Shown: positions 9,185 through 28,063 of the stretch, in pieces
Numbering within the stretch: the stretch's first letter is position 1
Layout: every line of letters begins with the position of its first letter
IMG/VR virus record: IMGVR_UViG_3300031997_000001
Location: 62,001-126,000 of that record
Reading direction: 5' to 3' (one strand)
Length of the DNA stretch: 64,000 nt
Notes under the pieces: model-generated
The model's database searches: none
The model's input: only the letters and a program-made list of their open reading frames with translations
What the model was told of the DNA's origin: nothing
Position numbers and translations under genes: made by a program

Positions 9185-11580
9185 TACCAGCCCCCGGTAT
9201 CCAGAGCCTCCTTGCAGAGCTCCTCGTACCTGATCACCATGTTCTGGACGGAGAATTGGTTGGCCCACTCCCGGCAGACTTCCGGCTTGGTGCTGGCGAC
9301 GGCGTCCGTCTTGATGAGCTGTTCGACCTCTTCGGGCGTCTTGACGAGGAACCCCGTCTCCCCGTGCTTGATAGTCTCCCGCATGGCCCCGTTGTCGAAG
9401 GCGATGACCGGGAGGCCGCACATCTGGGACTCTACTGGGGCCATCCCGAAAGGCTCACAGTTGTGGCTGGATGCAAGCTGGGCTACATATGATTGCGCAC
9501 CGTCCACTGACATGTTATAGACTTGGCCATTATATTGCTCACTCTCGATTTTCGTGATCTTGGAAAACACGAAACCCTTGTGGATGAATGTGATCCCCTT
9601 CCAATGGAATCTCTTCCTGTCGATTTTCCACCCAACGATCTCCGCCAGTTTCTGAGCATGGACGCCGCACACATTCAGATTGTAGACGATGTTACCGTGA
9701 GAATACGACTTCTTTGATTGTTTCTTCTCAACGAGATAACTAACAATACCGAACTTCGTCAATGCTAGCCAAATCTGTTGAGCGAGTGTCGGCGATGCTG
9801 TCGTTAATGTCATGATCTTGTGACCGCCACGCTTACAGACGCATCCGTCTCCTTTCCAGATAGATGCGATAACGTGCCGAAGCTTGTCTGGAGGAAGCTC
9901 AAACATCCATTGCGGCATTCTCTTTTCCCTGGCATTTCCACCAAACCATGATTTGAATACCTTACCGATCGGCGACAACTGCAAGATACAAAGCTGGCTA
10001 TTACACTCAGGCTTCTTAAATATGCTAACGGGACGGTTAAATATCCTTCTGCACAGCTGGTCTATCTCGTTTGCATATTTGTCTTCCTTGATTGATAGGG
10101 CGAACCTTATGCCGTCATGGTTTTCAAACCCTTCGGCGATATACCATCCGCAGAGGGATAGGAAATCGCTGTTGCATTCCACGCTTTGTGGGATACCCAT
10201 ACCCCGTTTGCCGGCATATTTGCTATTTTGTGTGGCCCTCAGCCTACCGTCATCGTGTTTAACGAGACTATCCTGCCAAAGCGGGATCACATTGGTGTCA
10301 ACGGAATGCGGAACCGGTGTGACTACCCAATCGCCGGTCTTTAAATCCTTAGCCTCCACCCAGGATGGCTCGAATTTATCGAAGATGGGCTTCTGAGCCT
10401 GAATCCGCATAGGGGATGTCATGCCACTAAGCCAGTAGTGAGCAGTCGTCTCTGGGATACCAAACCTTTTCGCGAGAGATACAATACTCCCAGTGCCTTT
10501 CGCGGCCATGATAGCTCTGTAGGTTGCCGCCTTGCCTTCTAGAATCTTACATCGCTCATAGCAATGAAAATTCGGACGACACATCGTCTTAATCTCGTTG
10601 CACGCTTTTGGTTTGATAACATAAAGTAAATGGTCCGGGGTCACACGCAACCTGCCGCTATTGCAGAAGGAGCTATGTCGTATGTTCAAGATGGGGCCTG
10701 AATAAGCGCGTTGCATCGTATGCTTCACTGTGTGGAATTTACCGTCATGAGATAGAACTCTCATCCCTTCTTTAATGTTCTCTATCTCGATGCTCCCAGA
10801 ATCCGTTATGATCTTCTGGCCGGGCGCATGGCAGTAGTGCTGATTCATGTGGAGCAGGGCCTTCGCGGACGAGAAGAACTCGACGCACTTCTCTCGTGGG
10901 ACGGGACCCCAATACTTGATGTTGTTCTGTGCCAGGGCCATGATCCGCTGGGCGTAGTCTGGCTCGTTCGTAATCTTGTCGTCGCCGACCAGGTCCAGAC
11001 CAAACCGGAGCTTCCTAGCAATGTCCACGGCGATGTGCGGACCCTTGATCTTGGAGAACCGGGCCAGGAACAGATAACGGCCTGACTTGGGGATCTTCGG
11101 GTCGGCCTTGTAGAATTCTGGATCCATCCCGTTGTAGGCGACTCGGGCCGGGACGCCCCAGAATTCACTAACGTGAAAAGCTTGGTCCCGCGAGATGGCC
11201 ACGATGCAAGGTAGCGGGACCGGCGGAGGGGTCGCATACATCGTGTTTGGCGGGGCATGGATGACACCAAGAATTGGTGCTTTGAGCTTACCCTCTGCCT
11301 TTAGGATATATGACCATTTGCTCCAGCTGTTGTCAATTACAACCGAAAATTCCGGCAGCTTCTGCCAATAACCGGAATAGGACTGTTGTTCGCTCTCGCC
11401 CAGCGTCGTCCCGTGGAGCTCAACTCCGTCGGGCGGCTGGGAGCCGACTGGCGCGACCAGCATGACCGAATGACCGCGCCTTGCGAGGCCAGCGGCCTGA
11501 TGAAACGCTATCATTTCCAACCCGGAATAACCGGCCGGCGGACAGGTCATTATGTTCGTTGAAATCACGCAGATCTTCAT
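9184..11580 (-). CDS. GT4 family glycosyltransferase interrupted by an intein
   Basis: N-extein PPAGYSGLE..LFLARFSKIKG; C-extein CEPFGMAPVESQMCGLPVIA..GETGFLV; about 340 aa after splicing. Confidence 0.9.
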   Translation of the reverse strand: MKICVISTNIMTCPPAGYSGLEMIAFHQAAGLARRGHSVMLVAPVGSQPPDGVELHGTTLGESEQQSYSGYWQKLPEFSVVIDNSWSKWSYILKAEGKLKAPILGVIHAPPNTMYATPPPVPLPCIVAISRDQAFHVSEFWGVPARVAYNGMDPEFYKADPKIPKSGRYLFLARFSKIKGPHIAVDIARKLRFGLDLVGDDKITNEPDYAQRIMALAQNNIKYWGPVPREKCVEFFSSAKALLHMNQHYCHAPGQKIITDSGSIEIENIKEGMRVLSHDGKFHTVKHTMQRAYSGPILNIRHSSFCNSGRLRVTPDHLLYVIKPKACNEIKTMCRPNFHCYERCKILEGKAATYRAIMAAKGTGSIVSLAKRFGIPETTAHYWLSGMTSPMRIQAQKPIFDKFEPSWVEAKDLKTGDWVVTPVPHSVDTNVIPLWQDSLVKHDDGRLRATQNSKYAGKRGMGIPQSVECNSDFLSLCGWYIAEGFENHDGIRFALSIKEDKYANEIDQLCRRIFNRPVSIFKKPECNSQLCILQLSPIGKVFKSWFGGNAREKRMPQWMFELPPDKLRHVIASIWKGDGCVCKRGGHKIMTLTTASPTLAQQIWLALTKFGIVSYLVEKKQSKKSYSHGNIVYNLNVCGVHAQKLAEIVGWKIDRKRFHWKGITFIHKGFVFSKITKIESEQYNGQVYNMSVDGAQSYVAQLASSHNCEPFGMAPVESQMCGLPVIAFDNGAMRETIKHGETGFLVKTPEEVEQLIKTDAVASTKPEVCREWANQFSVQNMVIRYEELCKEALDTGGW
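9460..10833 (-). mobile_element. Intein (458 aa) with LAGLIDADG homing endonuclease
   Basis: Begins CHAPGQKIIT..IENIKEGMRVLSHDG, block B LRVTPDHLLY, LAGLIDADG blocks CGWYIAEG and IASIWKGDG, ends VYNMSVDGAQSYVAQLASSHN followed by Cys+1. AT-richer than its flanks. Confidence 0.93.
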
Positions 11581-11592
11581 AGTTCTCTCTTC

Positions 11593-12249
11593 CTATAAGT
11601 GCAAGGGTCCGAATCCGGCCATGCTGGCACTGGACAGCCCGGCATGGATGCACTGGACGGACGTATCGACTATGATTCGGAATCCCAGCTTCTTGGCCTT
11701 GCGCATGAACGTAAAGTCCTCGCTGGCCCGCTCAGATTCCGGGACGTTGATGTTGCTATGCACGCCATCATAGTCGATCGTCCATTCGAACTTGGGAGGC
11801 GGTACGCGCTCGATGACTCGCCTGTGGAGGAGCAGGCATCCGGCACCGACCAGGTCCGCCTCGATGAGGGTGCCTGGCTGGAAGCCGGTTATGAATGACG
11901 GCTTGGGCTTCGTGTCCTTCAGCATGACCGGCATGTTGATGGGTTCAGCACGCCGGAAATAGAGCCCGGAGATGATGTCCTGTCCGCGGGACATCAGCCT
12001 GGGAATCGTGTCCGGCGGGCAGATCACGTCGTCGTCCAGGAAGAACAGGTATGTGAAGTTGTGCTGCAACGCCGTCTGGCAAGCCGAGTTTCGAGCATGG
12101 CCGAAGGGCATGCCGGTCAGGAAGATGATCTGGGACTGTGGCGGCATTTGGAGTTCACGGAATCCTTGTGCCCACTTGGTCGTGACCGTCTCTCGAGTGA
12201 GTATGGCTACGAGGACTTGCGGCGGTCCGAATTCCCAGCTGCCGGGCAT
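11593..12249 (-). CDS. GT2-like glycosyltransferase
   Basis: Start moved to MPGSWEF, with AGGAG upstream. ARNSACQTAL..YLFFLDDDVI..IISGLYFRR..VGAGCLLLHR..SEDFTF..DTSVQCIH. Confidence 0.85.
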   Translation of the reverse strand: MPGSWEFGPPQVLVAILTRETVTTKWAQGFRELQMPPQSQIIFLTGMPFGHARNSACQTALQHNFTYLFFLDDDVICPPDTIPRLMSRGQDIISGLYFRRAEPINMPVMLKDTKPKPSFITGFQPGTLIEADLVGAGCLLLHRRVIERVPPPKFEWTIDYDGVHSNINVPESERASEDFTFMRKAKKLGFRIIVDTSVQCIHAGLSSASMAGFGPLHL

Positions 12250-12305
12250 ATGAATCTCCTGAGTTGATAACTTATATACTGTGCGTATGTTGTGCGTGGC
12301 GTGGT

Positions 12306-13109
12306 CTAGGCGTAGTGGATGGCGATAGTCGGGAAGTACCCGGAATAGTACATGATGTTTCCGGATGACGTGGGGAACGTGTCGGGGAGCGGAGTCCCGC
12401 TCCATGGCATGTTGACGCCGAATATTTGGGAATTCTCCTCGAATTTCTGGTTGACTCCGAACAAGTTCAGATAGCAGGCTGTCATGCCTTGTAGGCTGTA
12501 TGTTCCTGCCGTTGATGGCATGCGCAGGGCGAGCCAATAGATCCAGTTCGGATTCAGGGCTAAGCCGGGATTCATGTTGATAGGCCCGTTCGCGCCGCTC
12601 GCCGAGAGGCCAGAAGCCTGGGTAAGTAGGCTTCCGGGCCATATGTCAGCCATCGTGGCGTCGACATTGTCGTAAATTCCAAGGCAGAAAGACTCGCCGG
12701 ATGCGGTGAAATTCTTATAAAAGCGGAGGTCGTCGATGGTTCCGCCCATTTCGGAACAAATGGGTATTGCATAAATGCACTGACCGGGGAAGCTTGTGAG
12801 GGCTTGAGAGGGAGTACTGTTCATGGCAGTAAATCCGGCAGGATACCAGCGCTGTGCCATGCCACTGGCGCTAAAGGACATGCCGGAGCCGTACCCCTTC
12901 ATCCTGAACCGGTCGTAATCCGAGCTTCCTATGAGATCCAAGCCAGTCGAGTCTACGTTTCCTGAGCATACGGCCGCCAGGCCAATGCTCCCAGATGTTA
13001 TGGCGCCAGAGGCTATAACGCCGATGGTCACACAACCAGACCCGAAGTCTCCAGAGGCCAGTTGCCTCGAGACCATCGCGCCGCTTGTCAGGGATATTGG
13101 TTTTCCCAT
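12306..13109 (-). CDS. Ser-Gly-rich putative virion structural protein (paralogue 3)
   Basis: N-terminal 5-residue GxIxS repeats, then WYPAG..GIYD..P..LL..YWLA..P.TFPT domain shared with the two upstream genes. Confidence 0.7.
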   Translation of the reverse strand: MGKPISLTSGAMVSRQLASGDFGSGCVTIGVIASGAITSGSIGLAAVCSGNVDSTGLDLIGSSDYDRFRMKGYGSGMSFSASGMAQRWYPAGFTAMNSTPSQALTSFPGQCIYAIPICSEMGGTIDDLRFYKNFTASGESFCLGIYDNVDATMADIWPGSLLTQASGLSASGANGPINMNPGLALNPNWIYWLALRMPSTAGTYSLQGMTACYLNLFGVNQKFEENSQIFGVNMPWSGTPLPDTFPTSSGNIMYYSGYFPTIAIHYA

Positions 13110-13931
13110 TTAGAAATAGAATTGTACGTCTGGCACGCTGGCTGCGGTTCCTTCCAGCGTACCAGACGTCGTGGGAAACGGATCGGGCAACGGCCAGGTC
13201 CCGCTCACTCCCCGGTACGATATCATGGCGATGTTTGTTGGGATCATGTTTGCGTCGACTCCCCAGAACTGCAATGGGGCAAACACTCCCTTTAAGCCTA
13301 TGACTGCTCCGGAACCCTGCAGCCACGCAGCCCAGTAGAGCTTATTTGGCGCAAAGGACCAGGTTAGGCCGCTCTCTTCGGTTCTGCCGTAGATTGGGTC
13401 TGGGTATGTTGATTGTCCGCTCATCCGCAACTGCGACGTGCTGTAGAGCAGCGTCGTGGGCCAGAGATCTGAGCCCGCATCATATATGCCCATCTGACAA
13501 AGCCTGCCGTCGTTTCCGTTCTGAGTCTGCCAGACGGCGACTTTCCAGGCAGATAGCGCCCTGCTCGTAGCGAAAGGCATACAGAAGACGCGCATCGTCT
13601 GCGAGGGGCTGAACGTCGTTCCGATTCCAAGGGCGCAGTTATTCTGTCCAGCGGGATACCCCCGCGTCACGTCAAAGCCTGAATGCGCCCATCCCCCGAA
13701 GCTTCCAAACGCGCCTAGCGTGCCTATCTGCCTATAATATCGTTCGAGCTTTGAGCCGCCTGCCCCAGATGCGATATGACCAGACATGACGATAGGCAGG
13801 GCGTTTTGGGTAATAATTCCGCTCGTGATGGCCCCAGATCCCACATGTCCAACATATATCTCACCAGAGATGAGGTCTCCCGAGGAGACGGCTCTGGACT
13901 GCAACGCGCCGCTGTTCAGGAAGAGGGGCAT
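13110..13931 (-). CDS. Ser-Gly-rich putative virion structural protein (paralogue 2)
   Basis: SGAITSG repeats, GYPAG, MGIYD..WPTTLL, LYWAA, LPDPFPTTSG. Confidence 0.7.
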   Translation of the reverse strand: MPLFLNSGALQSRAVSSGDLISGEIYVGHVGSGAITSGIITQNALPIVMSGHIASGAGGSKLERYYRQIGTLGAFGSFGGWAHSGFDVTRGYPAGQNNCALGIGTTFSPSQTMRVFCMPFATSRALSAWKVAVWQTQNGNDGRLCQMGIYDAGSDLWPTTLLYSTSQLRMSGQSTYPDPIYGRTEESGLTWSFAPNKLYWAAWLQGSGAVIGLKGVFAPLQFWGVDANMIPTNIAMISYRGVSGTWPLPDPFPTTSGTLEGTAASVPDVQFYF

Positions 13932-14800
13932 CAGTATCTGATTCCGATTCCCGGAATAGTCACGTTAGAAAATTGTACGAGTCCAGAGACAGTCGGGAAG
14001 GTAGTCTTCATGGGCCAATTGCCGCTCCAATAGCTATTGTCATTCACGTAGATGCCTTTTATGGCCACGGTGTTGTCAACGTTGAAGCAGTCATTGATGC
14101 CCCACGGACTATATGTAGCTTGTCCGACTTGCTTGATCCACGGACCTCTTGCGAGCGGGTGTCCTGCAATGGAAAGCCAGTAAAGGCTACCTGGAGACAA
14201 GACTGTCGTGGGAGACCATGTGTATAATGAGCCACTCGAAAGGGTGCCATCGAAGACGGCGCAGAATACCCCGCTGCCGTTATTGACTTCAAGCAGCGTG
14301 TTGGGATAGATGGTATTGCCGCTGCTCGCGGAGTCATAGATCCCGAGCTGGAACTTTCCTCCGGAGCTTGTCGACAGTCGCGTGATGTAGATTCCCATGC
14401 CGCCGCTGGCAATCGCGCCGCCCCTTGCTGCCAGGAACGGTACGGCATATTGGTAGAACTGGACCTCAAAGTCGGAGCTGATTCCGGCCTCGTTGGTTCC
14501 TCCGTGCCGGTTCAGCATGCCGCCGAGGTACCACCGATGGCCGACCCCTGACGAATAGCCCGCGCTGTCCCGCAGATGCGTATTGACTCCGATCTGCTTC
14601 CAGTATTCGTTCCCCTTGGTCCCCAGGATCGCGGGATCGATGTGCCTCTCGAATATGAATCCGGACATAGGCATTGAACCGCTGACGACCGCCCCCGATG
14701 CGATCGTCCCATAGGTGATCCCGCCAGAGGAGATGCTCCCAGAGATTATCTGGGCAGTCTGCCACATCTGGCCGCTTTGGTTGTTCACCCAGGTAGACAT
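13931..14800 (-). CDS. Ser-Gly-rich putative virion structural protein (paralogue 1)
   Basis: IASGAVVSG repeats, RWYLGG, LGIYD..YPNTLL, LYWLS, TFPTVSG. Confidence 0.7.
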   Translation of the reverse strand: MSTWVNNQSGQMWQTAQIISGSISSGGITYGTIASGAVVSGSMPMSGFIFERHIDPAILGTKGNEYWKQIGVNTHLRDSAGYSSGVGHRWYLGGMLNRHGGTNEAGISSDFEVQFYQYAVPFLAARGGAIASGGMGIYITRLSTSSGGKFQLGIYDSASSGNTIYPNTLLEVNNGSGVFCAVFDGTLSSGSLYTWSPTTVLSPGSLYWLSIAGHPLARGPWIKQVGQATYSPWGINDCFNVDNTVAIKGIYVNDNSYWSGNWPMKTTFPTVSGLVQFSNVTIPGIGIRY

Positions 14801-14809
14801 ATGTTATCT

Positions 14810-26026
<11,217 letters not shown>

Positions 26027-26098
26027 TTTCTTCTCACGTGTGGTTAGGGTACATCATATATTTTCTCCATTGATATGTTATGTGGAAGAGAAGAAGTG

Positions 26099-26569
26099 CT
26101 AGAACTTGATGATCGTCCCGCCGAGACCCCACGCCCACTTGTGTTCTTCGAAGTCGTAACCGCCCCAACCGCCTACGGTCAGCTCTAGGATGCTGATGAT
26201 TCTCTTGCCAAAATAGAGCTCACCAAGCTGATAACCCATCCCGGCTTGTGCACTGAACCATCTCGCGTATGGCACCTTCACGTCGAATAGGTCTACGTTG
26301 ACGACGGGCGTGATTCGGGCGTGGGGCTGCATTTCGACCATCAGGCCAGCTGAAACGTCCGGGAAGCTTAAAGCGGCTTCGACCTCAGGCACTTCCGGCT
26401 TGTAGACGCCGCACTCGTCGGTGTGCCCAGGCTTTGCCGTCGATACGTCGACGCCCTTCTCCCATCCGAATCTGAACTCGAACGGCTTGTCGTCGCTCCC
26501 GCCGAAGTCCAATACTCGGAGGACCTGGCAGCCACAGAGAAGTGGAAGAAGGGCGATCAGGATTTTCAT
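26099..26569 (-). CDS. Putative lipoprotein with amphipathic beta-strands and a C-terminal Phe
   Basis: MKILIALLPLLCG-C lipobox-like signal; ends WAWGLGGTIIKF. Confidence 0.7.
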   Translation of the reverse strand: MKILIALLPLLCGCQVLRVLDFGGSDDKPFEFRFGWEKGVDVSTAKPGHTDECGVYKPEVPEVEAALSFPDVSAGLMVEMQPHARITPVVNVDLFDVKVPYARWFSAQAGMGYQLGELYFGKRIISILELTVGGWGGYDFEEHKWAWGLGGTIIKF

Positions 26570-27153
26570 TTCTTAACGGGCGGTTCATCTCGCCAATCTT
26601 CTGGATCGTAAAGCTCAGTTGGCCAGCCGCCGGACGTCACGTTCGCTGTTATGATGCCGTGTACTCTGTTCCGCTCTGCCTGTTCCCATCTTTCCAGGTA
26701 AGCCATCATGCGCGTTGCGTCCAATTTGTCGCCGGATTTCTTGCCATCAGGGATGGCCCATTCCGGAATGTCGATGGCCTGGGCGACCCTCTCGCGTTCC
26801 TGTCGGAACCGCCAGCTATGCGGGTGCGACTCGCTCGCCTCCTGATGCGTCTGATCGAGGTAGGCATGAATGAGCTCGTGCGCGATGACGCCCTGGAAGT
26901 ACCAGTACGGCTCCCAGTACCACTCGGGGGCGATGTGAATCAATTTGGAAGCCGGAGAATAAAGGCCATGATGCCTCCAGCACTTGACGTCCTTGTTGCG
27001 GTCGCAATAACACAACTTATACTGCAGCTTGCCTTCGAAGGCTGTCTTGTTGATTTCATCTGCCGCCGAAACCATGTAGTCCGTCGCCACCTGCTCAGTC
27101 CAGGCGCATCCGAAACAGGAGACGGCCAGCAAAGCTGCTAAAAGCTTCTTCAT
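26566..27153 (-). CDS. Putative lipoprotein with SprT-like zinc metallopeptidase motif
   Basis: MKKLLAALLAVSCFG-C signal; VIAHELIHAYL..HPHSWRF (HExxH..H). Confidence 0.75.
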   Translation of the reverse strand: MKKLLAALLAVSCFGCAWTEQVATDYMVSAADEINKTAFEGKLQYKLCYCDRNKDVKCWRHHGLYSPASKLIHIAPEWYWEPYWYFQGVIAHELIHAYLDQTHQEASESHPHSWRFRQERERVAQAIDIPEWAIPDGKKSGDKLDATRMMAYLERWEQAERNRVHGIITANVTSGGWPTELYDPEDWRDEPPVKK

Positions 27154-27505
27154 AGTGAGACTCCTACTTCTTTTGCAGCACCCACGAGCTTATCCAACCA
27201 TTGGGTAATTGTATATTGCTGCTTTCTGAGCCTGTAATTTTGGAAAATGATATATACTCTTCTGAGGGCTGAGCCTAATTCTTCCAGCTCCTGCTCCGAC
27301 AGGTGAGCATCCGATATGCGGAGCAGGAGCATGTTCCAGGTCTTGACCAGCAGCTCGCGGAAGAACAGATCGTCGGACCCCGGCGCTAGGGGTCCGACGA
27401 AAGTCTCTGTCACCACGTCCTTGAACAGGTACGTGAGCGCCGTGACGTCCTTGGCCTTCGCGCGGCCTTGGATGAATGCAACTATGGCTTCTGCACTGGC
27501 ACCGT
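27150..27505 (-). CDS. Hypothetical helical protein with uncertain start (GTG near 27413-27416, or joined to the upstream gene by a frameshift)
   Basis: Host-like codon usage extends up to about 27500, but there is no ATG/GTG start until about 27416. Confidence 0.6.
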
Positions 27506-27952
27506 AGGGTTTACGCCGGTCTTCTTGAAGACGGCAATGATGTCGTTGATCCGAGGCGCACCCTGCCGGAAGATGGCCTTCAGGACCATCTCGCCGAACG
27601 CCACGATAGCCGCCCACATCGTGGACGCCTCGAGCCAGGTCAGCGTATCAAGTGCGCTGCCCTTGCCGAGCCAGGCACCCACCGCGCCGAGGATCGCCCC
27701 GACCGCGGCAGTGATGACCATGTACTTGACGTCGAACGGCTGCTGGACGTCCGTGGCGATGTCGCGGTTCTTGAGCCAGCCGACGATCGCCGCGATGGCG
27801 CCGCCGAGGGCTCCCATCCCGATCTTGGACCAGATGCTGACGACCGCAGTGGCCGCAGCTCCGGGCGTCCCGGTCACGGCATCCGCGGCGAAGGCGACGA
27901 CCGACACCATCAAGAAAGCCAGAGCCAGCACCGGCAGCTTCACGTACCGCAT
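27482..27952 (-). CDS. Membrane protein, holin-like (signal-like N-terminus plus 2-3 hydrophobic helices)
   Basis: Hydrophobic Gly/Ala-rich segments IGMGALGGAIAAIVGWL, MVITAAVGAILGAVGAWL, WAAIVAFGEMVL; basic C-terminal tail. Confidence 0.6.
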   Translation of the reverse strand: MRYVKLPVLALAFLMVSVVAFAADAVTGTPGAAATAVVSIWSKIGMGALGGAIAAIVGWLKNRDIATDVQQPFDVKYMVITAAVGAILGAVGAWLGKGSALDTLTWLEASTMWAAIVAFGEMVLKAIFRQGAPRINDIIAVFKKTGVNPTVPVQKP

Positions 27953-27984
27953 GTCTCCCTCCCTGAAAAGAGAAAACCGAACAA

Positions 27985-28041
27985 GATATATTTTCTTACG
28001 GATCTGATCTGGGCTTGTTCCCTTCTCGCTTCAAATATATC
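27985..28041. promoter_or_regulatory. Divergent pair of AAATATATC motifs
   Basis: Minus copy at 27985-27993 faces the holin-like gene; plus copy at 28033-28041 faces the collagen 2 gene. Confidence 0.5.
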
Positions 28042-28063
28042 AGAGAGTTTGCAAAGGGCACAG

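Noticed and set aside
7297-12642. Long N-terminal extensions in track ORFs 7297..8823, 8963..9421 and 11593..12642
   Set aside because: They overlap bona fide upstream genes; internal starts with stop-start overlaps or an SD fit better.
27476-28063. Extra 196 aa at the start of the 2395-aa track ORF
   Set aside because: It is mostly antisense to the holin-like gene and spans the divergent promoter-like region; ATG 28064 is preferred.
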